Positions 38,390 to 52,269 of a stretch of 64,000 nt of DNA are shown one piece after another. The position numbers and the translations under genes are program-made. Under the pieces are notes generated by a model. It was not told the origin of the DNA. It ran no database searches and saw only the letters and a program-made list of their open reading frames with translations. Every line of letters begins with the position of its first letter. Within the stretch, counting starts at the first letter, position 1. The stretch covers positions 7,688,001 to 7,752,000 of the forward strand of contig JANJGN010000035.1 in NCBI GenBank assembly GCA_026770705.1, read 5' to 3'. This stretch comes from Isurus oxyrinchus. Lineage: Eukaryota.

Positions 38390-39708
38390 AAATTTTTCTC
38401 TCAACGATTTTTGTGTCAATCAATGTGTTATGTGCATTATTTTTATCAAAATAATCTTGCCGAAAGGAATGTCACAAAGTTGAATTGATGCCAGTCTTCA
38501 GAGAGGAAATGCTACCCTATTTCAGCTCAAAGTGTGATTTAAAAGTGCAGAAATATCAATGAACATTACACAGTGATATAATGGTCGTTATGTTTGCAGA
38601 ATTAACAAATGTGCGCAGGATGGACGCAGTGCGGGAATGAGAGTAGGGTTTATAGGGTAAGCAAATAGTCGTGAAATTGCTTATACCAGCCTTAAACAGA
38701 CACCAGAAATAGAGCAAACACAACACTCTAGAGCAGACAATGCAAATTATACACGAAAACAGTGTGAAACATTTTGCTCTAATTTTAAATCATAAAAATA
38801 GATCCCAATGTCCTCACATCGTGGTCCCATGCAGATTATTACACAATTGTGGGAACGAACTTTTGGCTTCTCCACTCTGAAACTTCAACGATTACATGTT
38901 TCAGTAAGATTAGCTCTCACATCCTTAGCCATTGGGTGTTCAAAACCAATTTTCTCCGAATCTTATCGTTGAATGCATTACGGGGCCCAATTTAATTCCG
39001 TAATACTGCACAAAGCAATTCCAAAGTTTTCCTTCCTTACATACGGGGTCCAAAACAGCGTACATATGATACATGTGTGGCTTGACACCTTTTCAAATTG
39101 TTCTCGACTCTTTTTTAAAGAAGTTATTAAATGACCTCAACTGATTCACAGCATCGTCGACCTGCGACCTTTTTGTCTTCTCACCTTGCATCGCCTGTAT
39201 CCTGAAGTATTTGCGAACCATTTATGCCTGCTCAACTTCTCATTATGTGAAGGACTTCTATAAACTTGATTAATGAGAACATTAAAGAGAATTATATTCA
39301 CAGAGTGAGTGGAGAAATTGGCAGCAGTGGATCATTCTGTATTTACGTTTCGAGGGCTAAAGCAGCAAATTGCGTAGCAACCCGTCCACCAACTCGAAGG
39401 CCGAGATTAGAAACAAATTCTTTCAAGTTGATTTCAGTGGACAAGAGAATGAAACGAAAGTCTGCCCAGGGTACCTTTGTAGCTGCTACATTTACCGCCC
39501 TCTGTTTCTCTCTTCTCAAGTTCACTTCTTTTCTCTCGAGATTAATTGTTATTTCATGCATGCCTCTCCTCCTTGTGCTACGTATTGAAGGGCAACATTC
39601 AATTGGTCGGGAAACTGACAGGCAATTCGGCATCGTCCATTTTTGTCAGTGCTCATGAATGAAATTTTTCTCTCAACGATTTTTGTGTCAATCAATGTGT
39701 TATGTGCA
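38390..39708 (+). repeat. Exact 47-bp direct repeat (38390-38436 and 39662-39708)
   Basis: aaatttttctctcaacgatttttgtgtcaatcaatgtgttatgtgca occurs twice. Confidence 0.95.
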
Positions 39709-42700
39709 ATAGTAAAGTCAATTTAACGCAGATATTTCTTCCATCTCACTATTGTCTTTTGACATACGTTAGCTTTTTGAGGACATAGACAATAAAACGC
39801 ACCGAGTGACTTGCCAGTGATTTCAATGGGAAAATAATTCGATTGTCATATAAAATTGGCGACTAACCTCACCTTTCTTATTGAAGTTAAAATATTGCCT
39901 AATGCACAAGAAATAAATCCATTTGAATGAGATGTCTTTCACTCTCGGAAGGCCTTTTGGACATTGCAAGCCTCTTGGAATTAGGCTCTTGGCTCCAAGG
40001 AAGAAAATTACTGTAATGCTGATGGGCAACCAGTCGGCTGGGAAGACCTCCTTTCTCAATTGGTGAGCATGTCAATTTGATTTTCATCTTGGGTCATTGA
40101 TGCCGTAGGCAAGGACATATTTATTTCCAACTCAAGCTACCTTGAGGGCATTTCGTAATGTTAATGGCATACCAGACAAAGGAAGGTTTAGGCAGCAGCA
40201 CTACTTTAATTTCCAACGTTAAACTGCTTTAAGAAATGTAGTCAAATATTACACCGTTATCAATGTTAGGAAAACGAATACAAGGAAGGTGAAAATTCAC
40301 AACACATTTAATGAACCACCTCAAAAAGATAGCTTGAAACTTCCACTGTTTTCAAATTTCACTATTGTCAAAAACAATGCTAAATGAAAGAGAGCAAAGA
40401 CGATTTGGGTTCTCAGACTCTTTCTCAGCGATGATAATGTCTCTAAGTATGGGAGAGGCCGGCGTCTAAAATTGAAAAAAAAATCCTAAGTCTGGGTTCG
40501 AAATCATGTTCTACATATGTTAACTTATAGTTTTGGATATCCCTCAATTGGGAGAACGGTCGCTTAAATCCAAGCATTGCTAAACTTGAAATACAAAACA
40601 ACTCATCGTCAACATAAAGTTCAGATTGTCACTCTAGTGCAGTAGTCTTGAAAGTCTCATCGTTAAGATGAAAACTCAAAGTAAGATCACATCAACATTC
40701 ATTAAGTGCAAATGCTTATGTTGAGGAAGAGGAGGTTAAGTGGATACCACATATCCTTCAACAGAGCAGAACAGACTTATTTTCAAAATACCTGACTGGC
40801 TGCGAAGCACGCTTCTTCACCCTGAGCCGCCGACTCTTTATACTCAAATCTATCATGAGGAATGTCCTTGTGATTGACATCTAACGGGTTTTCAAAAAGA
40901 AAACTTTCGGTGAAAGAGTGGGACAAAGCTGAAGGAGCTGCCAGGTTCTGCCTTAGCCACACAAAGAAATAATATTCGGCGCCCTTGACCCGGCTTATAT
41001 TGTTGAACAGACAACTTTAATGACCTTTGCAACCGCATATGTCAGAACATCTGTTACACTATTACACCAACATCTTTGTATATAACGTGTGATTCATTTT
41101 ACAAAGTGTATTCACATTTGAATAAGTTTCTGTAACAAAAGGGCAGCAGCAAGTTAACTTAAGTATTCTTCAATGTTTTGTTTTGAAGTGTTTTGTATTT
41201 CTTGGCACAAGTCCTATTTCAGTAAAAGTCGTATCCTACATGCTGCTAGCGTTGGGTGTTGCTATTTTGGGAGGAGATAATGGAGGGAGAGGTTGTGGAG
41301 AGGGGATATGGAAGTGTGTGTGTGTGTGTGGGGGGGGGGGGGGTGGTGGTGGTACACCTGAGATGTGTGTGGTCACATGTCATGAAGTTCTCAGCTAAGG
41401 GTTTCCACGGCAAATACCCATGAATGCAGACATCATTGTGGACAGTGGTCCTGCATTGGGAATCATTCAAAAATAAGGATAAATCACAAGCACTGGTTGG
41501 CTCCTCGAAGGTTACACTGTTACTCAGAAAAAAAAGTCCTAAGAGAAAAAAGTTTCTTCTGGACATTGATTGCAAAGAATCAAATCAACTCTACGCGACT
41601 CCCTGTAAGCGCACATGGCCAAAAACCCTGATCTCAAACTCCGCAATACACACTGACTCCTGACCTCTGCACCCCATGACCTCACCTCTTCCTCACTCCC
41701 CAGCAACCGGAAGCTCCTTCCACATTCAACCCAACGTTTCAAATTGTTATCAGCAGCCAGACCACAATGCAATTCTCCGATTCAAAGATTCCTGCGACAA
41801 TTTGGCCCCACTAATAATGCCGTCAGATCCCCGCACTCCACAACTGAACATCCGAGTGCCCCACCAATTCGCAATTACAGAGCAAAACCCTAGCACGACC
41901 CCACAGCCCACTACGTTATCTGTATTCCATCATCCCTGGCACCCGAACTTCCCCAAACTGGACCTCAAAAGACAGCAAAACTCCCAGTCTGAACGCTTCC
42001 CCCACTCACGTGAACATCCGAATCTCCACTCCTCCCGATCCCCTCACATCATGACTTCTGTAACCCTCTCCAACTAAATGCGAAACCTCACAACCCACAC
42101 ACCACTCCTCGATGCCCCCACCCCCTGCTACTGATCCTCCACCACACCACCCCCCACATCCTCCCCATCAAAGTGCTCCCACTTGTCTTATTCAATTTCC
42201 TCCTTCCTCCTCTGTGACTTTCACTGTCGCTTAATATATAGATTTTAATGACAGCTGGGGCCGTATAGGAGAGGAGAATGTTAAAATATCCTTGAGTTCT
42301 CCAGATTTGTAATTCTTTGGGTCCTGCAAGGTAACTTGCATGCAGGCCCCAAGTGGATCTGAAGACCGGATGTGACAGTGAAATATTCAAGGGCAATTGT
42401 GTCTGCATTTATTTACGGTCACACTGCCAGCCATCTCGTTCAGAATGCAGTTGTAATTTATGGCCCTGTGTCTTCAGCCGTTTTCCACATGACTTCCTCC
42501 ACTCTTAACAATGAAAAGCACTGCCTATGTTCAAACAAGGCAGCCTTGGTGCAAAACTAGGTCAGACATAAATATCAGGAATCGTGTCTTTGATTTTTGT
42601 TGCGAGTTAAGGTGCGTTGTCACCTAACTTTAGTGGCCCTAAGTGCTTACTTTATATTGCGTACCTTCTATGATATTTCTCACATGTTGTTTAAATAATG

Positions 42701-42744
42701 TCACAGTTATGAATAAATACAGCATAATGAGAAGCGGAAGAGTG

Positions 42745-45700
42745 TAAGATAGAATGGCAGAAATAGGTATTTTAGCCCATCATCTCGGCTCAGCCATTTA
42801 ATTAAGTCATAACTCATCAAAAAATTTTCAATTCCACTTTCCTGCCTTTTCCGATAACTGTCGATGCCCGTACTTTCCACGTCAACCTTGAATATGCATA
42901 ATGAGCCAGCCTGTACAGCACTCTGCTCTAAATAATTTCACAGATTTATTACCCTCTTAAAGAAGAAATACTTCCCTACTTCCGTCTTAAACGAGCGACG
43001 CCTTACTCTGAGATTCCACTTTAGCTAACCAGCTTGTCACTTCCTCTTATAATTCTGATACATTTCCCAGTCATAATTCCCACTCTCGAAGCCATAATAA
43101 CTCTGTTTGAATGTATTATGTCTTTTTAGATGCTCTGCTATTGCACCCGTTGTAATACACTGATATTTACTCAATGACAGATATTAAGCTGACTGGCTTA
43201 TAGTTACCTTTTATTTTTTGTCGTCCTCCCTTTTTGATTAAGACTGTTGCTTTGCTAGAATCCCAATGTTTTTTGGCTTGACCAGTTTGTAAAGAGCCTT
43301 GGAAGATCACGCTTTGTGCACCCACTATCGCTGTAGCTATATCCTTTAATATCATTGGAATGCACAGGATGCATAGCCAGGGGACATAGAGGCCATCAGC
43401 CACAGTAGTTCTCCTACTACATTTTGTGTAGTTCTGGTTATTGTTATTATCGCCCCTCCCCGTTCCCCTTGATTATTCAGTACTTTTGGAAACTTCTGTT
43501 ACAAGACTCACTCTGAAGTGGAGGCAATCTGTTAGCATCTACCCCTTGGAGCCCCGAAATAACCATATATTTTTCAGTTAGGTCGCCTCTCATTCTTCTA
43601 ATCTCCATTGCGTACAGATCAAACCTAATGAACTTCCTCTCTAAGAAACTCTCTCCATACCCGGTATCAACCTCGTGAGCATTCTATGGACTGCCTCCAA
43701 TGCCTGTATATATTCCCTTTGATAATAGGAACAAAGCTATTCAGAATATGCTTGATGTGGTAGAACTCGCGGCTTATATAGATTTATAAGGTTTTCCCGG
43801 CTTTTATTTTCTAAATTATCTTCTTAATAAAGGCCAGCATCCAATTTGCCTTCCCTGTTACCTGAAGAACGTATATGAAAGCGTTTTGATTGATGCCCAA
43901 TGACGCCATAACCACTCCGTGGTGCAGCTTTCTGCAAGCTCTCTATTTTTAATAATAAAGAGCTCCTCTACTCATCCTGTCAAATTGAGTAACCTCACAT
44001 TCTCTGACATCATATTCAATCTGCCAAGTTTTTGCCCATTAGCTTAACCTGCCTGTTTCCCACAGTAGAGGTGCTGTTTTATGCTGGTCACTTACCTTCA
44101 CACTTATTTCTGTGTCATTTGCAAGCCTGGGTAAAGTTCATTCAATGTGCACATCCAAGACATTTAATATATCTTGTAAACAAGTGTGCCCCCAGCAAAT
44201 ATCCCTGTCGCACTCCATTATGTATTGCTTCCCATCCTGAAAATGCCCCCTTATCCCAACTTACTGCCTTCAATTGGTTAGCCTATCCTCTATTCATGCT
44301 ACTATACTAAATGCAATAGAATGGGCTCTTATTTAATTAAGCTACCAAATGTGTCTGATGCCTATCGAACACCGTATTAAAATTCAAATATATTATATTT
44401 CCTGGTCCCCCTTTATCTATCCAGCTTGTTACCCACTGAAATTATTGTAACACATTTCTCAGTTTGATTTCCCCTTCATGATTCCATGATTGGCTCTGTT
44501 TCATTAATGCTATGAGTTTCTAAACGGTCTCTCATTACATCCTTTATATTGTACCCTGACATTTGACAAATGACATATGTTAACCTAACAGGCTGACAGT
44601 TACATGTTTCCGTCTTCCTCCCTTTTTGAATAAGATTATATTGGCAGCTTCCGAATCCTTTGCAGCTTGCCCTCATTCTAAGGGTTTTTGGAAGATTACT
44701 TCTGATGCATCCATTATCTGTGTATCTTTTACCTTTAATATCCTAGAATGTAGCCTCTCTGGTCCGGCATATATATTGGCTTTGGACCCATTCGTTTCCC
44801 TACTAAATTTTTTCTGTAGTGCTCGCCATTGTATTTATCGCCCCCTTCTAATTCGCCTGGATTATTTAGTTCTTTTTGGAAATCTATCAATGCCTTTTAA
44901 CGTGAAGTCTGATTAAAAAACATTTTTAACTCCTCTGCCATTTCCAGCTTACCCATTACTATTCTCCCAACCTGATTTTCTAAAGGGCCTATGTTCAGTT
45001 GTTCCTCTCTCTTCCCTTTTATATTTTTAAAACAGCTTTTATTGTCCTGTTTTTGTTATATAACTTGCTAGTTTATCCCCAAACTTTACTTTCTCCCTCT
45101 TCAATATTTTTAGGACATTATCTGTTGTGCTTGAAAACGTTTCCCAGCATCTTGCTTACAACTAATATGTGCCACATTTGTGTTTTGTATTTCTTTGAAT
45201 ATGATGTTATCCTTAAATTCCTTGGTTTAACAACTTTGCTTTGGCCCCTTCCTAGAACCTTTCTTCCTCATTTAGGAAATACTTTTCTTATGAGTCAATA
45301 AACATTATCTTAAACGTCTGCAATTGTTCATCAATTTTCATTTCCAAAACTATTATCTCAGTCCGTTCCACACAACACTGCCATCATTCACTTGTAACGA
45401 CATTTACGCAGGTTTAGCACAGTTGTTTCCAAACCAGTTTTCTCACGCACTGCCCAAATGCTAAATTATACCATGTTATGGTCAATGTTTCCTAGGGGAC
45501 CATGCACTGTGATATCACTTATTAACCCAGCCTCATTACACATTACCAGATCCAAAATAGTCTGATTCTGGGTTGCATGCTCAAAATAGCGTTAATGTAC
45601 ATTTGCTGAAAACGCCAAACGAATTGTTGTTTTGTCTGACTCCGCAAATTAGATTTTCCCAACATAAATGATGTTTAAAGTCATCCATGATTAATGCATT

Positions 45701-45850
45701 GGCTTTTCCTGCATGGCCTCATAATCTCCTGTTTTATTCTCTGTCCTACAAGGTAGCTTATGTTATAGCTACTACTCCCAACAGTGCCTTATACACCATC
45801 GTATTCCTTACCTGTCCCTTATGAAGTCTACATATCCAATCCAAGTTATA
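42745..45850 (-). mobile_element. Nested or rearranged CR1 LINE fragments
   Basis: PMILKDIA..IV....VIFQGSL...KKGGRQK..GNYKPVSLISV; KGRKTETCNCQPVRLTYVI; CR1 3' end at ~42745. Confidence 0.88.
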
Positions 45851-47073
45851 TTGTTGATATTGTATTGAATATGACATGAACGCTTTTAATGGTCATACGC
45901 TGTTTTTCTTCTAGCCAGTTACCCCAAGAGAAATTATTTGTTAACTAAGCAATGCTTGTGATTATGTACCTTCAGATATGTCCACACCCTAAGTGCAAGA
46001 GCATAAGAAACATGGGAGGATCACTTCTTCTATGTTCGCCAGCAACCCACAAACAATTGCTAATCGCTATAAAGTGCAAACTAATAACTGTGTATGTCTA
46101 TTTATTGACCAATTCATCCTTCTCTTCTCAATGTTGCATAATACCCTAACATTCCTATCATTTAGAATTTAATTACAATTTTTTTTTTACCGAGTTCGTT
46201 GGTGTACTTAACTTCTTCGAAAGCCCAGCAAAGTCAGGCAAAGCCAGATGGAAGCCATTATTGATGAGAGGTGGAAAATACGTTATTTGAAATCTTATGA
46301 CCCCTCCCGTTTGCCACATCCCTTCTCCCACCGAAGTCAAAGGATCACCACATTTTTAGGCCAACTACACAGTTTTTTTGATTCGCCTGTTTATTTATTC
46401 TGGAAATTGACAGCCAATAGTCATTTTAATGAGGTGGAAATCATAGTCAGCTATGTATGTTTTTACTTACCACCACCCCACCTTCCCACCTCACCCCCCA
46501 ACACCACCTCGATCTGTGGATGCTCAGACGCTGAAGACGTTGAAGTTTTGCCTCCCATGAAATAAGGGTTATGAGATGGTGGGGCAAAAGAGGAATGGCG
46601 TTCAACAATAAGCCCTGAGATAACTGAAACGTCTGATTATAAACTTGGCCTATTATAATAATAAGAATTTGACAATTACGAAAGGAAATTTGTAGAAATG
46701 TTGTTAAGTAAATATAGTTCACATAATAATGCTTAAAATTATTTTTTTTCAAATGCTTTGGTGAGTGAAAATGTCAACATGTTTTCATCCAATCTCCTTA
46801 ATTAACATACAAACTTTAATAGCAGCTAATTATTCCAGCTGTTTCTCTGACTTTCCATAGATTTGCAGCTGTTAAACCATTTACACATAGTTTTCAGGTG
46901 AATATCTGTTGGTCGTTCCTGAAAGGAACACGTTTCTTGACAAGTCTAATATGTGTCCAACTGGTCACTAAAGCTTTTAGGTACGTTGAAGAACATATAC
47001 AGAAAACAGGAGTTGCAACAGAAACTTAAATATTTACTTTTGTCACCAGTGGAATGAAAAGGGGATCACTCAC

Positions 47074-47416
47074 GGTGAGTGGTCCATGACTTAATGCAGA
47101 AAGTCTGTCCATTCTGTGGCTTTATTGGCTGTTTGTGGGTAACTTCAATGAGCAGGATACCACACTTGATATATTGCAGTGGCCTCTCTTCAAAGATGGC
47201 AACAGAAGGTATTAGCTTCTTTGTCGACGTATTAGCGCCTTGCACTGCTGCACCGCCTCGCACTGCCACTGAAGAGAAACTTTTGAAATATTCCAGGAGA
47301 GGCACCAAATGTTCGGACGCAGTTAAACTGCCCCATGCTGGAAGAACACTCACACCTGAGTGCATAGAAAGGGCAGACATTTCGCTTTTGCTCATAGAAA
47401 CAAACACTTGATTTTT
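47074..47416 (-). other. Candidate 343-nt exon with open frame, product unknown
   Basis: tcctag acceptor, gtgagt donor, 114 codons without a stop (KNQVFVSMSKSEMS...KSWTTH); no family recognised, weak pyrimidine tract. Confidence 0.25.
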
Positions 47417-48049
47417 CTAGGACAATTATTGCCTGAGATGAACAAACACAGTATTGAGCATTAACGAAGATTGTATAGTTACCTGCGTACCTTGGTACCG
47501 GATCAAAAAATCACAACCGCACTTACAATGTTCGTTGTTAAAAAAAAGCCGAGACTGAGCTATTTTTACTTCTAATCCGTGTCCATGTTTGTACAGGGCA
47601 ATGCTACGCTACATCTCTACCCACACTTCCAGTATCTGGATCAGATCGAAGGTACATTCAGACTTGTTATTAATATTGTAAAGAGCAGTAAGAGGAAGTG
47701 GTTTCTGGCATCCTAATGATCACCTTTATGGAATATTTTTCAACAATTAGATTAATTGTCTTCCACTGGTCTGACATTATGCAGATTTATCGAAGTTCTG
47801 AAGTAGGCAAATTCAAAATTTGATGCGAGATGGCCAGCACCTGCTCTATTAGATGAAAAAAAAACATAGAATCATGCAAGGTGACAATAATTTCCTGTGT
47901 TGGGATGCATATTTGAAATATACTGCTGATTGGCAGATTTATCAGTTCTGCATAAAAAGGAAAATTTTCGTTTTTCACTCATCGAGTTAGAAACAAGCCG
48001 CTTAAGTCACAAATGAAATGGAGAGTGGGAAGATGATGACGAGGGAGGA

Positions 48050-48500
48050 ACAGAAGAACGACAAAAGAAACGTAGATTTGTACAGCATTGAAGGTGCCTT
48101 TTCGGCCCAAAGCGCCTGAGAGAGCCAAATAAGTGCCAGCCAACATAATTCCACTGTGCACTTGCTGACATATTCTCTGCAATTATAGGATCCTCAAGCG
48201 GGCATAGAGTAATCAAGTGTTACGAGGTCTTCAGCCTCGGCCTTTCAAATAATGATGTCCAAACACTCAACGCCATCTCTGTGAAAGTAAAATTGTCAGA
48301 ACCCAGTTAATCATAAACCAATTTACCTTAAATCTGATCTCACCGCTTACTGGTGTACCTGCTAAACTAAGCTCTTATAAAGTCCTCCTAGTCGGCACAA
48401 TTTAATTTTATTATTATGTCATTTGCTTCAGTTAAACATACCCTCAGCTTTTCGACTCGAAATAGAATCCAAGAATATCCAATTCATCCTCCTCGCTATT
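48050..48500 (-). mobile_element. Decayed CR1 3' end
   Basis: tacagcattgaaggtgccttttcggccc matches the antisense CR1 3' terminus. Confidence 0.6.
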
Positions 48501-48619
48501 AAAGTACAAATCATGTCATGATTCTCCTAATCCTCCTCCTGGCTTTACCTATTGGCATCACTTCTTTCCTGTTATGCAATGGCAAGAAAGCATAACTAAT
48601 GCTGTAACGAATAAAATTA

Positions 48620-49610
48620 AAAATATACAGACAACGTGGGACACATTCGCCAGCTTAGGCAACAAATTCGCCAGCTTAGGCAACAAAAGAAAGCGTTTGA
48701 TGTCGATAAGGACACATCATCAGATCTGAGGAAAGAGAATAATAGATTAGATTTTGAGATTTTGAAATGGTCAGGGTTGGAGGATGGGTGAAAATAAATA
48801 CATTTCTGAGATAGAGCTGAGCGAAGAAGGGCCAGAATTACAAAGACGATTCTTGATATGGTGCAAAGCAAGTCAGTCAAGTATGTACCTAATTGATTTG
48901 CGAATTGTTATATTACAACGCACTGAATATAAAGTCGACGAATAAGAAATTATTACAAGCACAGAAGATAAAAAAACAGAGATATTAGCCAAAGTGGCGT
49001 AGAATAAGCCATTCAAATTTATTGAACTCCGTGATGAGTTCATTTGCCTTTCAAGGCAACAACTCAAATATGAGGTATTGCTCTCCGAGATTGCTTTCAC
49101 AATCATTGGAAAATTGTCCAAGAGACCAAGTAAATCATTTGAAAACTTACGTGACATGAAGTTGAGTTCCACGCATGGTATCTGAAGGGAATGCTCTGAA
49201 ATTCTATGCCACATTCGAGGTTTTGTCTTACAATCTGCATAGGATCATCTTGTGCTGCGAATATTGCACATGGAATTGACAAAAAAGATTTAAGTGAATC
49301 AATATTTCTGCTGGAAGCAAAATTGTGGCCTTGGATGTTGAGAACAGAGGAGACAAAAGAGCGGGAGTTGCAATACTTTCTTTTGCAAGGGAACTTGACC
49401 TGCTAAAGGGCAGGTTGATGGCAGTGACTGAGCAGAGGAAGACGGTGTCACAGAGGGACTGTTTTTTTATCGAAATTCTGAAATTGAAGGGCCGGAAACA
49501 ATTTGTTGGAATGTCAGTCAATGTGGCGGAAATGGTGGAGGATTTTCCATTGAATTGTAAGGGCGGGTCTGAGGACAAAATGATGAATTATGCTGAAAAA
49601 TGTTGAGCCA
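48620..49610 (+). pseudogene. Decayed intronless coiled-coil-like coding sequence
   Basis: IRQLRQQIRQLRQQKKAF...DLRKENNRLDFEI and ELDLLKGRLMAVTEQRK; purine-rich, multiple stops. Confidence 0.4.
48645..48686 (+). repeat. Perfect 21-bp tandem duplication
   Basis: attcgccagcttaggcaacaa x2. Confidence 0.97.
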
Positions 49611-49999
49611 TATGTATTGAAAAAAAGTTATAACGACAGGAATCTGCTGCCTGGGTGCTGGGGTGGGGTGGAGGGGTGGGGGGTTGGGGGGGGTGGTGGT
49701 GGAGGCGGGTGCTGGGCGGAGGGAGCAGCGGGGCCTGGTGGCTGCTCTTGGTGGGGATGGCCGGGTAGTTGTTGTGCAGTTTTTAAGGGGGTAAAAATTA
49801 ACTTGCCTGATGAGGAAAAAAGAAGGCTCAGCAGAAACGGTAGAATGTTTTGTAAGACGTCTCGGATTCTTCCCTAAATGGAGTTCCACTCAAATCTTAT
49901 CAAACACCAAACTCCTCAAACTGCAGAACTTCTTATCACATGGACCAAAGTTGCATTTAATTGTAGTCGAATTCTGCAAATAAAATGCTTTTTCAACAG

Positions 50000-50900
50000 T
50001 TATCACGCGCATTCCCAGGTATTCAAATTTTTGTTGTCTTATTTCCACACTGCAAAACTACTCAGGGCCTTTCCTCATTACGTTCGTATTTCGTTTCTGA
50101 CACATTGAGAAGTATTTGGTGTTTGTCCCTGTTCTCTCCATGCACAGAATTTTTCACTGGGTTTGTTTCGAATTTTCACCCATTTCTCACCTTCTGTTGT
50201 TTGATCAGCGTGTCTTCTCTTACCTTTGTGCATATTTCTAGCGATATTTGACGAGGAGTTTATTAAATTAACATTCAAAGTAAACTCACAGATTCACACA
50301 GGTAACTCTATTATGTTTCATCAAATTCCGATTCCGCTGCAGAGTTTTTTCCATGTTCCCATAATTCTTCATCTATTCTTCGACTCTTCTGATAATGCAG
50401 CATTCCATATTTGTTTTTTGCACTGGGCTACCACTTTTCCAAACCGATGGTGCAGTGAAAATGTTTTGCAATGCCCTCGCCGTGTCCTCTCGAATGAAAA
50501 ATTCTGCTCTTATCCCTTTCCTTCCCTCCCACAATCATTACACAGCTGCTCCTGCACTCATTTTCCACTCCAGATACTTCCGCATGTAAAGGATCACCCT
50601 CGTCTGTTTCCATGTAATCGCGCTGCTCATTTTCTGCTGCTCTCCACTTTCAGCTTTCCAAAGACAAACTTTCGAGATATTTTGGTCCACTCCTCGGCCA
50701 CGTGCAAAAACACTCTCACAATTTGATTACATCTTTCCATGCATGTGCAGGTGATGCAGCTATAAATATTTTATTCCCTCTCATGAACAACAATGCAAGA
50801 GACCAAACACAACTTGCAAGTGAAATGTCGGATAACCTATGATTGTTCTTAAATAGTGTTTAATATATTCAATCTGGCCCTTTTTACATTGCAAGTGGTG
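50000..50900 (+). mobile_element. Old Penelope-like fragment
   Basis: Colinear decayed similarity to 28900-29680 (e.g. FRDILVHSS, gaccaaacac). Confidence 0.65.
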
Positions 50901-50907
50901 ATCAATC

Positions 50908-52255
50908 TCAGCCTCCCTCAGGCCTCACAGATGCAAATTTCTGCCAATTCGATTCACCCCACTTGATACACGCAACCTTTTTAGACACTGGATGCTGCAA
51001 AAATATGGGTCCTGTTATCATTCCGTCAATACAACTGAAATGTTGCGATCCAGGTCTTGTCACGGTCCTACCCAAGATGTTCCAGTACAAGGAGGGCAGA
51101 GGCGTCGAGGCAGCAGGTTGCAAAATTGCCCTTGTATGGCCTGTTCAGAAAAATGAAAGGGAAATCCAACCCAGCCAATTAAAATCACATCAGTATAATC
51201 TGTATTATCAGTAATGTGATGGAAGGAGTCAAACAAAGTTTTATACAGCGACACTTGCTTAGCAACAAGCTGCTCACTGACGCCAAGTTCAGGAGTGGCC
51301 ATGACCACTCAACCCTTGAACTCATTAAACATTTTTAAAACATGGGGAAAAGTGCTGAAATCCAGACGTCGTGTGAGAGTTTCATGCATTGACATCAAGG
51401 ACGTGTTTGGCACAGTGTGCCGTCAAGGAGCCATGGCAAAGCTTGAGCCAATGGTAGTCGGTGAGAAAAGTCTCCACTGGCTGGAGTCTTACTGATCACA
51501 AACGAGGATGTCTGTGGTTGATGGTGGTCAGGTCTCACAGTTCCAGGAAATCTTTTCAGGTGTTCCTCAGGGCGGTATTCCTAGCCAGAACATATATACA
51601 GCTACTTCATCAATGACATTGATATCAACATAATGTCAGAAGTGGGAATGATCGCACAATTTTTGCACCATTTATGACTCCACAGATACAGACGCAGCAC
51701 ATATGAAAATGCAGAAAATCATGGACAATATCCAGACATGGGCTGGCAATTGGCAATTAACTTTTTTTGCCACACAAGGGCAGTTGAAGGACCTTTGTTC
51801 CTTGACATTGAATAGCCTTACTATGGCTGAATCCCCAACTCACAACATCCCAGAGGTTACCATTGGCCAGAAACCAACATTCAATATCAACATGAATACT
51901 GTGGCGAGGACAGTAGGTCAGAGGTTAGGAATCATGCGGCGAATAACACACCTGGCGACTCACCAAAATCGGTCCTTAATTTAAAAGGTACATCGATGGA
52001 CCTTGATAGAATACTCAACAATTGCCTGGATGACTGCAGATGCATGAGCACTTAAGAAGCTTGTTACAATTCAGAAGGAAACAGACTGATGAATGGCACC
52101 TAGCCCTCAAACAACCACTCCTTCCACTAGCAGCATACTGTAGCAGCACTATCTAACATCTAGAAGATGCACTGAATAAAATCATGAAGGCGCCTTAGGC
52201 AGTAACTTACAAACCCAAGAGCACTAACAGCAAGAAGGACAAGGGGAGCAAATGC
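50908..52255 (+). mobile_element. CR1/L2-group LINE RT fragment
   Basis: LDT...MGP..IPSIQLKCCDPGL...LPKMFQY, KIALVWPVQK, CIDIKDVF, LHWLESY, ggtgttcctcagggc (GVPQG). Confidence 0.9.
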
Positions 52256-52269
52256 GGTCTTCGCCAGCA

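Noticed and set aside
40380-42560. LTR-like and C-rich MITE-like segments, including ORF 41676..42077
   Set aside because: No definable termini; the ORF reflects low-complexity C/A-rich sequence.
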